From positions 2,232,001 through 2,296,000 of the forward strand of contig OZ374564.1 of NCBI GenBank assembly GCA_977862235.1: a DNA stretch of 64,000 nt, in the 5' to 3' direction. This document shows positions 47,717-59,339 of the stretch, piece after piece. The notes under the pieces were generated by a model. It was not told the DNA's origin. It searched no databases and saw nothing but the letters and a program-made list of their open reading frames with translations. The position numbers were made by a program, and so were the translations under genes. Numbering within the stretch: position 1 is the stretch's first letter; every line of letters starts with the position of its first letter. This DNA is from Dudresnaya verticillata. Lineage: Eukaryota.

Positions 47717-50304
47717 ATGGACCCTACCGTATCGGATCAAGGTGAGGTGCCGTAAACCGTGAGATCACGCCGCGGTGACGATAACACCATCCCGGAGGTG
47801 CCCTCTACTGCGAGAACACGCCGCAGTGAGTCCACCGAACCGGAGGTAGCCTCAGCCACGAGAACACGCCGTGGCGATGCTGCCGACCTGAACCCCGGTA
47901 TGGAGAACCCCGAAGAACTCCTTAAAGGTGTAGCCAGTAAGCTCGCTAGATCCCTACCTGGTTCAGACACTTCCCGCAAGGGTGTATCCAAGCCAGGTGA
48001 CTCCAATCGTGTCCATTGGATACTTTCGGAGGTCATCCCACGGGTGTTGGAGCATCTCCGTATAGAGGTGCAACCCAACATGGTCAAGGAGGTTGAGACC
48101 ACGCTCGCCGACACCGTTCCGGTCATTGTTAGCTCCTACCTGGAGAAACACCTTCCGGAGTTGGTACAGACGCTCATCCGTCAGGAGCGTCAGGCGTCGG
48201 AGATCGAGAAGATGCTCATCCCCGGACAACCCCTACCGGAACCCAAGGAGCCGCCCTTTTCTGGACCTACACCGATACGGAATAACTTCCCGGTCAAGGG
48301 AGAAACGACGTATATGTCATAAATCCCCACTCAGGTGTTTCCGCCCGATCCGGTAAGGACAGCGGCAGCCCCTGGGTTACCTACCCAAACTCAATACACC
48401 GAATTGGAACCAACACACCAACCCCAACCGAATCGGAGTACGGTCCCTGGACCCGCAGAATTGCCTGCGGGGGAACGTATCACCGTGCCGGTGGCTTCGC
48501 GTAGAGGCAGTGAGCACTCCGATGGTGACTCCAAGAAAAACCAAGACCGGAGTGGTAGAGACAGTGCTGACAGAAAGGCCAAGGACTCCCACTCCGATAA
48601 GGAACGTGACCGTTCGCAACGGAGCAAATGCGCTTCGCGACGGGACAAAGAACACTCCGGTACGGAATCTGATGATAGCCAACACCGCAATAGGAAGAAG
48701 AATAAGCGCAAGTCCCGCCATAGGCGACGAAAAGGGCATGACTCCTCCCATTCCTCTGGCTCTGATACGAGCTCCTCCGATACGGATAGGGACGAGCGGC
48801 GTCGGGCCAGAAAACACGACGCCAAACACCGAGAAGTCGACAGGCCAATCCCAAAGGTGATCCGGCCCCTGAACGACAGGTTCGTGAAGGCGCTGGATTT
48901 CCGAACATACCGACTGGAGAAAAAGAGTTCATACTACAGCTCTAGCTTATCCAAGAATATGGGACGTATCCGCAAAAAGCTGGAGGTGCAAATGAAGTCC
49001 CACTCCTTTAACGGTACAGACCCCATCACGTTCCTTGGATTTCTCGCGAAATTCAAGGATTCGTGTAACATCAACTCCATTTCGGAAGGAACCGAACTGT
49101 GGTGTTTCCAGTTTTTCTTAAGTGGACAGGCTGAAGCTTTGCTTCAGGCCCGTCTCGCTGGTGGCACCATGGCGGTCGACGAGGAGCAAGCAGAGATGCT
49201 TCGCACCTATACCGAAGTGGTGAACTTTTTGCTAAGGACTTATGCTACCGATGAGGTGATTACCGAAGGGTATTCGGACGTAAAGTCGTTTCGACAAACG
49301 TCGGCCTTAACGGAAGAGCAATTCTCCAACCAACTTTGGACTAAGGCACTCCGATGCGGTACAGTATTCTCCGACAGGTCCCTCAAGTCGCTGTTTGTGG
49401 AAGGACTCCTACCGGGGACGTGTCAGCAGATGCGCCATTATCTGGCAACACACCCCCACATGGATTACCAAGCCATCACCCGCTACGCTAAAGGGCTTGG
49501 AGAATCCCATCGGGCAACCAGACGCCAAACCTCAGCGTTGCACGTCTTGGACGGAAAACCTAAGAGTCAGTCACGACGCTCTGGCATTCTGTCGATTCGT
49601 TCTCCATCGGATTATACCTACTCGGAGTATCCCGCTGAATCGGAGGAGCACGTGCTCGCTCTGGAAGGTGGCGCGGGTCGAAGCGCCGGCACCTCGTCGG
49701 GGGTTACGTTTACTACAGCGTACTCTTCCCCAACGAGTAGTGTCTACCCTACTCCGCCTCGGACTCCCAACCTTCGCCCACCAGCGCCACGGATGCCACC
49801 ACCCCGGCAACCCCGATACGGACCGGCTGATAGCCGCTACGGCCCCGCCACACACCGTCAGGGAACCACCGGGCAGCATCCTAGCCATATTGGACACCCC
49901 CACGGCAACATGCCTCCCCGTCAAGGGCAGGGCGAACACCGTATTGGAAAACAATCCCCTGCCGCAGGGCATACGGATCACATCTCACCGGATGTCAGAC
50001 GCCTCTATGGAAGCGGCTACTATCGCTTGTGCCTCTCCCCGGACCATGTAATTTGTCCGTATCTGAGCGACACCGAAAGGGGTCCCCTGATGGAAGAGCG
50101 CGAGCGCAACTTTCAAGCGATCCTCCTCAAGCGGCAGGCCTTCGCCAACTCCAATACGGGAAATCTTCCGCCGGGCAACTACCAGCAACGCCCCGCACGG
50201 GTGCTGACTGTCGATGGTGGTGCGGTTGGCGAGCCCCCGCTGATATGGTGGAGGAGGCACTTATGGCGCACCCCGACTCGGAAAACGTCGCAGGAGACGT
50301 GTAA
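47717..50304 (+). pseudogene. gag: gag of element B, disrupted
   Basis: Homologous to gag of C; stops at 47753 and 48320, frameshift near 50240. Confidence 0.85.
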
Positions 50305-50330
50305 GGGCGTCCCCGTCTCCTAAAAGCGAC

Positions 50331-53300
50331 GTGGTACGCCCACCCGTACGGGCTTTGCCGGACTGTCAGTCCGCCACCATTACGGAGTACCCCCTTGATT
50401 TTGTTCCAGAAATCCCCCTTGAATTTCCACCACCCGGTGATTCTGTCTGTGTTCTACAACGGCAGAATTATAAAATCCAGATTACCGTGGGAAGGAGTAA
50501 TGACCTCATGTTGCCTATCAGCACCGTATTGGATTCTGGTGCTGGGCCAAATCTCATTAACGCCCGACGGTTTCCACGCCACTGGTAATCGTTGCCTCGC
50601 CCCGCTGCCAGTCCACCTTTACGGGATGCGTCCAATAGGTCGATACGCCCGCTTGTTGTCATTCAACTTTTTGTCCGTATCGGAGAATTGCGTACTCGAG
50701 TCCACTTCCTGGTGGTCGCGAACCTCGCTGCTCCGTGTATTCTGGGAACCAGTTTTATTGATCGCCATGTCAAGGCGATCCTCCCACCGGCACGGAAAGT
50801 TGTTTTTCATCACCACTCCCCGGTTTCGCTAATGGGACAAACCAGACACTCCAAAACGGTGGCTGCTTCTACCCTTCAGGGCCCCCTGTGTCATCCGCTT
50901 CGGTATCGCAAAAGCTCCGACTAGCAAAATCCCTTATTATCCCCCCTATGACCCAATCCCTTGCATTGGTCACCACTCCTACCGGTGGTTTGTGTTTTCT
51001 TCAAAACCATCCCAAACCCATCCAGAAGCACCTCACCCTTATGGCTAATGGAGTTATGGATATAATCCCTAACAAACCCTCTAAGGTGTGGCTGACTAAT
51101 TTTTCCCCCAAACCGGTGCGGTTACCCAAGTCTACCGTCCTGGGCCTTGCTACTGCTGCTCCCTCTGCCATACTCACCGTTAACGGTGTACCTCCATTTA
51201 AGGAGGGGGGAGGACATATTAATTCCTTTCCTGCTCCTCCTAATGAAAGCAGCAAGGCTACACCCCAAGATGGATTCAAAGGAAACACCGTATCGGAATC
51301 AACTACAACTCCTAACACCGATTGGAAAGATAACATCCATATTGGTGCCAAGGATGAAAAACTCCGCGCTAAGGTGGTTACACTCCTCGAGGAGTTCAGC
51401 ACTATGTGGAACGGCGAGTTAGGAAATATAACTGCCGCGAAACACCGTATTGAATTAATGCCTGGTGCCAAACCGGTGTATCAAGCACCACATCGGGCAT
51501 GACATAAACAGCGCGAGCTGTAGAAGGCAGAAGTGGATCGTATGTTGTCCGCTAAGGTGATCGAGCCATCCGCTTCGGAGTGGGCCAGCCCTGTGGTCTT
51601 TGTTCCTAAAAAGGACGGCTCCATGCGGTTTTGTGTCGATTACAGGCGTCTTAACGCTGTCACCGTTCGGGGTTCATACCCTTTACCCCGGATGTATGAA
51701 TGTATCGACTCCCTTGGAGAAGCTACAGTATTCACCACTCTGGATTGTAATAGTGGCTACTGGCAAGTAGAGATCCCCGAGGAGGAGCGTGACAAAACTA
51801 CCTTCACCAGTCATTATGGATTATACCGCTTCCGGAGAATGCCTTTTGGGCTCAAGAAGGCACCGGCTACTTTCCAACGGGCGGTTGACATCATCCTATC
51901 TACGGTGAAATGGCAATTTGCCTTAGTCTACCTGGATGATGTGATTGTATATTCTAACATCGTCACGGAGTATTTCGAACACCTTAAGGACGTCCTCACG
52001 CTACTCCGTTCCGCAGGTGTAACGCTGAAATTATCAAAGTGTGCCTTCTTTGACACTCCCGTACAGCATCTAGGCCACATAGTGCGCCCGGGCCAACTGG
52101 AAGTGGAACGGAAGAATATTCTCGCCGTTAAGGAGGCTAAGCCACCTACAAACCAAACGGAGTTGCGCTCTTTTCTAGGGTTATGTAACTTCTATCGACG
52201 CTTCGTTCCTAATTTCGCACGTATTGCTCCGCCACTCAATAAGAAAACCGGCAAGGGTCTGGTATTCGAGTTTGGAACTCTCACCGAAACGGAGTTTAAC
52301 GCCTTTGAGGAGCTAAAGAGACACTTAATCTCCCCTCCAATATTGGCTTTACCCCGTCACGGTTTCAATAATACGTTGGATACCGACGCTTGTGATTACC
52401 AAGTTGGGTGTGTCCTTCTCCAGGAGCAACCTAGTGGAGATAATCTACCAGTGGGTTACTGGAGCCGAAGTCTAACCGATGCGGAGAAGAATTACACAAC
52501 CACTGAAAAGGAGTGCCTTGCTGTAGTTTGGAGTATGCTAACGCTACGCCCCTACCTTTACGGTGAAAAGTTTATACTCCGTACGGATCACGACGCATTA
52601 CGCTGTATATTGAGTCTAGCCGATGCGTCTGGACGCTTAGCAAGATGGCGCCTACGCCTATCGGAATTTGAGTTCGAAGTACAATAACGCCCTGGTATCA
52701 AGCACCAACTCGCAGACGGTATGCCGAGACTCCGAACAGGTGGTGTTGACAAAGCTGATTTGGATGAGGAAGTGCCTTGCTTCGTTATGGAATCGACTCC
52801 TAATGGTGTAGTGCAACATGGTGTGCGACTAACCAATTGGAAACAGACCCAGCAGCCTGATGCCGCAAGCAGCCTTGTCCTAGGCGTTGAAAGTGGAGAC
52901 ACCGAAACGGAAACTACGCCTGAAAAGGATACAGTACCACCCACTCCACTCGGGCAAACAGTCATCCAACAAGAGGATATGCGCAATGAGACCCTTACCC
53001 GTGAGGAGTTCATAGCCGCGCAAGCAACAGATACTTTCTGCAAGCTTAAAGCCGAAACGGTGGGATCCCCTGGATCACAATTTGACTACGACCGACATGG
53101 GTTTCTTGTGCGCAAGTCTGCCCTCGACGGCGCACTCCAAAAGGTGGTACCGCAACAGATGCGCGGCAGGGTCCTGTATCTTGCCCACTACACCTTAATG
53201 TCGGGACACCCTGGTGGAATTAAGATGTACTACACCTTACGGAGAGACTACTATTGGCCACATATGGCTAACGATGTATTCGAGACCGTTCGGAGTTGCC

Positions 53301-54679
53301 GCTCATGTGTCAAAACCAAGGGCACGCGGTTTAAGCATCAGAAGTTCATGAAGTTATTTCCCGCGAGTGGCCGACTGGAGTTTGGCGCTACGGACATATT
53401 GGGCCCGCTGTCCAAAACCAAACGTGGATATGTCTTTGTACTGGTCATCACCGATCGGTTTTCTAAGCTAACACGGTGCATTCCGTTACGGACGATTACA
53501 GCCGTCGTGGTGGCGAACGCATTTTTAGACCATTGGGTGTACGCGTATGGCGCACCTAAATTTGTACTCACCGACAATGGAAGACAGTTCACGGCGAAGT
53601 TCTTCGACGCTCTCTGTACCCTACTCGGAGTGCGACATTTGCTGACCGCCGCCTATCACCCGCAAACCAACGGGCAGGCCGAGCGGTTTAACAAAACCAT
53701 AGCGCAGCGCCTCCGACACTACGTAGAGGATCACCACACCGATTGGGATTTATATCTACAGCCGTTAACCTACTCCTACAATATGCAGGTACACCGGATC
53801 ACGGATACTACTCCTTTCGAATTGGTGTTAACTCGACACCCATCGGATATTATTGTGCGTGGCACCCCTGTGGAGTTGGAAGAAACCGTTACGGAGGGGC
53901 GTATGACGCCCGTACTCCAAAAGTGGGGAACCATGCGGCGTTTGCGTTATGCCCTACAGAAGGCGCAGACCAAACAGACTACAGCCCAGTTGAAGTCCAA
54001 GGCCCTATTCGACCGTAAGGTGCGCTTCCGACCGGTGGTTCGCGGTGGCGATCAAGTCTACTTGTATCGCCCGCCGCGCAATCTACGACCCACCGAACGG
54101 AAGGAACGCGACCGATTGGGTCAAGGCCCTGACCACATCGGTGAATTTGCCGAGCAAATGAAGAAGCTCCTCCCAAGATCGACGGGCCCCTATGAGGTGC
54201 ACACCGCAACGGATACTGTAGTCACTATCAAGAAGGATGGCGTCCTGATTCCCATCAGCATAGATCGCATCACTAAGGTACCAATTGGAATTCCCGTGCA
54301 ACCAGCGCCGCTATTGGCTCCGCCGGTTACGCAACACACCGACATGGACGGTACAGTATTCCAGCAGGCGGGAGGCACCACAGTAGTACCCCAAACACCA
54401 GGTGGTATTACTGTAACGCCCCAAACGCCAGGCGGTATTTCTGCCCCCGTGCCGGAAACAATTGATGCCGACACGGAGTATGTCATCGAGCAGATCGTGG
54501 GACACCGCGAAGAACCCACGGGCATGACCTACAAGGTGCGTTGGTACGGCTACCCACCAGACCAGGACACGTATGAACCCGCTGAGCAGTTGCCGCAAAA
54601 CTTTATACACCGCTATTGGAATAGAAAGCGCACGGCAGCCGCTGCAGCTCGACTTCGCAGAGCTCCCACGCGTCGATAG
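50331..54679 (+). pseudogene. pol: pol of element B (PR-RT-RH-INT-chromodomain), disrupted
   Basis: LDSGA, YLDD, DTDAC, TDNGRQF, YKVRWYGYPPDQDTYEP; stops at 50586, 51500 and 52685. Confidence 0.95.
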
Positions 54680-54687
54680 CCAGTCGC

Positions 54688-56437
54688 TAATCACCCACAC
54701 AGCAGGGGTTTGGCAAAATCGGGCATGACCCGTGGACTCCTTGTTCACAGAGCCCTTGCCCAAGAGGTTTTACTCCATATTGGTGACTTGGTGTTGGTAG
54801 AAAATGGGCATGACCTCCGGACTCCGGAACCACAGAACCCTTGCCCAAGGGGCTCTACTCCAACTTGGTGTATAAGGGTAACCACCGGCCCTGGTAGCTT
54901 GAATATGCGCCCTCACTCGCCACCTTCCGGATCCGTTCTGCTCCGCGGGTACGCCCTCCAGTCGGTCATCTTGGTATTGGCTCTTACACCCCTGTAGGTG
55001 ACCTGTAACCAGGAGAAGAGGGCTAACATGGTCCATTCCGCTTGCAGTATCCGACCCAACACCGTCATCAGCGGATGGTCGATTGACTTCTCTCCATCTG
55101 GGTGTGCAGCTTGCCAGTCGCGATGCTGAATGAACCGGTTGGAGAAGTACGCCACCACCGTCGGCGTTGGCACTGACAACCAACGGGTGACTTCATACTC
55201 AGCCCACCAATCCGGAGCGGTGCAGTACAAGCGACGGTGTGCCCCCGGCGGAACCTGGAAGAATTCGTTGGTGTTCCAAGTGTGGAGTATCGCTCTTCCG
55301 AGACGGCGTCCATCTCTACTCCGCAACCGGAGTCGATGATATTTCGCTGCGTCGTCGGCCCACCGTTGCGGATTATCAAACCAGTGAACCCCTTGGTCAT
55401 ACGGCTTCTCGTAGCACAGGAACTCGACACCAACCGGATGCTCTCGCAGTCGATGGGCCATGGCCAACAATCGGCACACCTTATCGGGATAGCCTTCTTC
55501 TTCCTGACACCTCAGCCACACGATGTCACACCCGGTTGGAGTTCGCACTCTGCAGTTTGAGTGAATCCACCTGGCTCTCCACATCTCCTCACGCCGATTC
55601 GGGAACCGCTTGTTGTTGATTAACCCAGCGGCGTCTGTAACAGCACTATAGAGACGCCCCTCGAGGGTACCACCATAGTTGGAAACGAACACCGATACGG
55701 GCATGGGGAGACGCACCATATCGGGTTCCTCCTCGGTACGCTGACGCCGCCAGGTGCGGTGATCATACTCCCGGCCCGGCCAAGTTCCCTCGTCGGTGTA
55801 CCCCATTGAGTCCACGCGCCCGTGGTAGCTCCCCGATGTCCCCGGCGCGTATGGCAACGAACCCGACGGTCCGCCGTAGACACCCAATCGGAGTGGGGGT
55901 GAGGTTACTCCACCTCTAACCTGACCAACCTGGAGACCTTGCGCGTACGCCTCATATCGCCCATGCGGAGTGGCGCGACGATATCTCCCAAGCTCCATCT
56001 CGGCGTTGCCCTTTGGAGGACCGGGTCGTTGTGCCCCCGGCCCAACCTGTCGATCCGGAAGCGGAGTAGGCGCCTTTCGAGCCTCGCCGTCATCGCGCCG
56101 TCGCGGCACCCTCGGGCTACCCGCACGTGCTGGCAGCGTCGGCGTGGCACCCGCTGCCGCCGCAACTCCCGCTATGGTGTCAGCGAGCCCGCCGCCTCCT
56201 CTCTTCTGCCTCCGGCGCCGGAGCCGCTCCCACCGACGATGCACGCCGTGTCGGTTGGAAGGGGCTCCGTGCCCGGTCGGTGTTCCCGCCCGCCATTGCT
56301 GGCGGTACACCGGTTTGGACCTGCCCGTTGGTCGACCTGCCTGAAGTGGAGTGTACCGATGAGGCTCTCTCCGTTGTTGGGTACACCTGAGTGGAGTTGT
56401 AGAAGACGTGCTGGAGCGCACGAGGACGTGTCGCCAT
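54688..56437 (-). pseudogene. Antisense accessory ORF of element B, disrupted
   Basis: MATRPRA...SPFQPTRR N-terminus (56437-56180) and Trp-rich domain match C; after the TGA at 54913 the frame reads GRIFKLP...VGV, matching GRIFQLP...VGV in C. Confidence 0.85.
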
Positions 56438-57698
56438 TTAAGGAGGGGGGTCTGTGGTGAAGCGGCCGTTGTGGAGTGCCGACGACGGTTGAGCCGACTC
56501 GCGACCGGCGCACCGGTGAGCTGGCGCCAAAATCCGAACGGGAGTGCAGCGACACAGTAGCACTGTACGCCTTGCTGGAGTCTGCGCGCACCACCAATAG
56601 GAGCCAAGTAGTTGATTTATTTGTAATTAAGTAATTGTAATGATGCTGTACAGTACGTAGTGTCAGCCGGCCAATGAGAATGCCGAGCATGTCCGCAACG
56701 GTGACCGGGACCAGTAGGGCCGGACCCACCTGGTGGCCCAGACCCATTGGGGTCTGGCCCACACGGACCGGACCGCGGGGCGTATCTCCCAGTATATTAA
56801 TGGGTGGCCACCGCGAGTCCTACAGTAAACAGGCACGCAGCCCTGGGCAAAGTGACTTACCCTAAGCCTTACCCTCATACTCCTTTACGGTTTCCCCTCG
56901 CCAGCCCCGTGCACGGATTCCTCTTACCTCCGTCCCGGTGTAGCTGCCCTGGCACTGTACCGTCCCCCTTGTCTGTTGCGTCCCTTTACTCCTTACAGGT
57001 GTTGCCGCTCGAGGTGCTCCCTTCGGTCTACGAACTAAGCTCTACCACCCCGGTGCCGTGTGAGATCACTCCTTATTGGGATTGCCTGATCAGCTCTCCT
57101 TACAGGTGTGCCTTTCACTTCACCACATCTTCACAAAATTCTTGGTGCCGGGAAGTAGGGAGCTTCCCGGTTCACGGCAACTTTATAGTCCTGTAGCGCT
57201 AGGCTTGACTGTGTAAAACTAAACGGAGAGGGGTAAAAGCTAAACGGAGAGGGATAAATTAGAGGGCGCCACCCAGGAATGGGTCTAAACACTACCAAAT
57301 AGAAGCTATTCCTACAGCGTGGAGTTGGCCTCGCTGTCCAATGTTTGTCTAAGCGACGGTAAAGTAAACTCCATGGGTGACCTTGCCCATATTCTATAGT
57401 GGAGGAGGATAGAGGTATCAATAATAACTCTGCTGTCTTTCGACTCCTCCACTGTATGAATATCAGGCCGACGGACGGCCTGATTTTGCTGTCCGTAGCA
57501 GCCCTTAGAAGTCAATATGACTTTATCCGTAACAGTCCTGCTCCGTCGAGCAGTCACTACTGTGAAAGTACGACACTCCCAAAACTTTTTCGCTTGACAA
57601 ACTCACATGGAACGTTCTACCCATTGTTCGATAGGATGGCTGAATCTGGCATTTTCCAGAATGGAGAACAGAGCTTCGCATGGGGTCTTCTTTGCTAA

Positions 57699-58424
57699 CT
57701 AATAAGCCGGGTTATGTTCGGAGCGAACAAAACCAACTTGTGAAAGTTCGTTGTCTTTGTAAGCATTCTTAGCTACCGCCAGGTCTATCATGAGACGTTT
57801 TTCGGCAGTCACAGTTGCCTTTGTGATAACGTCGAATAAAGACAAACTATCTGTTAGAGAAACAATAGGAACTTCTTGTCCAATCATTCTCTGGAGGTCG
57901 TGTTTGAAAGAGTAGGCCATGTCAAATGCATCTGCGAACGCCATTGTCTCACTTCCTAATACTGATCTTGAAACGCGTTTGGACTTATGTGATGACCAAT
58001 AGATGGGTTGACATTTGTCATCGGCATCGGCTAGAAATATAATGTAGCCTAGCTGAGACGTTCCATCAAAGTTATTTCCGTAAGAGGCATCCGAGGAGAC
58101 TTGTATTCGAAGAGAGTCCTTTTTCAGCTTGGGGTAGCGAAGCGGCATGTTCTTCTTCCTTCTAAGTCTCCGTAATATGGCATTCAGTGTTTTAATGTGC
58201 TCGACTGGTTCTTTTTTGAAGCGAGCTTCAGTAACCTGAGCTCATTGGGCGACTGAGAAAACAATGTCTGCCCTCGTGTTCGTGACCCATGATAACTTTG
58301 CTCTTAATGAACGGTACGCCTTGAAGCCAGAGTCACTACTGGGGTCTCCAGGTTCGATAATCTCGGTCAAGTAAACTAAGAACGGAGGGGCAGTGGGTCT
58401 GTTACTTGTTCTGAAGGAAGTAAG
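57699..58424 (-). pseudogene. Ty1/Copia (GalEa-like) RT end and RNase H remnant, RT core deleted
   Basis: YRSLRAKLSWV..TRADI, SDASY, WSSHKSKRVSRSVLGSE, TDSLSLFD, EKRLMIDL. Confidence 0.85.
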
Positions 58425-59339
58425 TGTGGTATAGACGCTATCCGCGAAACGGTTCCGTGGTCTACGTGAAAAGAATCGAGAAATACGAATTTCGAAATGA
58501 CTCGGTGAATGCGCACGCCACGATGGCAAACGTATTACAGTGCGCATACTGTGCGCGCGCCACGATGGCAATCGCATTACAGCACGCACGTGATACAAAA
58601 TCGCTGACACCTCCGGACGAATCCCGAGCCGACTTCGTGATCGCGCGCTCCACGATGGCATTCGCATTACAGTGCGCACCCGATACGAAATCGCTGACAC
58701 CTTCGTGACTTTCCCGTTGTTTCCCGCGCGTAACGGCACCGGGGCCCACGAGACACGCGCACCTCCGTATGCATCGCTGGCGCACTTTGCAACCGCCACC
58801 ATACGTGAGGCGACCGTTCGTTGGCACCGAGGCCGTTACGAATCATTCGAGTACGAACCGTCTCCCGCGTTGACGCGCATTCGTGCTCACGTAGTATTAC
58901 TTAGCCAGTCGTCTGGCACAACCTCCGAGGGTTTCCGGTAAGCCACTAGCGCCCGGACCTCGGAGTCTTCGGTAAACGCCTGTTTCTTCGAGTTCAGTGT
59001 CTTCGTCTTCGTGACCGCGGATACGGTCGAGCCTCGCTTTCGATAGCCCCGCGCACCCGGAGTCATCCCCCGGTGATCGATCGCTCGAGTTCTCCCTTCC
59101 GCACACGAATACGTTGACACCGTGGTCCTTCGTGTTGGTCGCTCCGCTCTACCACGCTACCACCCCTTTTCGTTTCTCCGTTAGGCTACGAGGCCATTCG
59201 TTAGGCTCTGAGGCCATTCCTTACAGTGCGAGACTTCCCCGCGTCACCGTGGACTTCGTTATACCACACTGGTCTCCCGACCTAGAACGTGGTCCCGAAG
59301 TTTCGCATTTATTCGTAATTCGTTTCTATCCGAGACACG

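Larger units (their letters stand above)
35550..57127 (+). mobile_element. Ty3/Gypsy chromodomain element B, containing nested element C
   Basis: 675-bp LTRs 35550-36224 and 56453-57127 (TGTGGTGAAG...CTTCACCACA), PPT 56440-56450, gag-pol 47717-54679; no clear TSD. Confidence 0.88.
35356..57575 (-). repeat. Copia 3' LTR split by the B/C insertion (pieces 35356-35549 and about 57421-57575)
   Basis: TGTCGTA at 35356 and TACGACA at 57569-57575 form a 7-bp inverted repeat; minus-strand PPT-like AAAAAGTTTTGGGAG abuts 57575. Confidence 0.55.

Noticed and set aside
3378..58425. A and D LTRs as two ends of one giant element
   Set aside because: A LTR follows a PPT and D LTR precedes a PBS, so they are 3' and 5' LTRs of separate insertions
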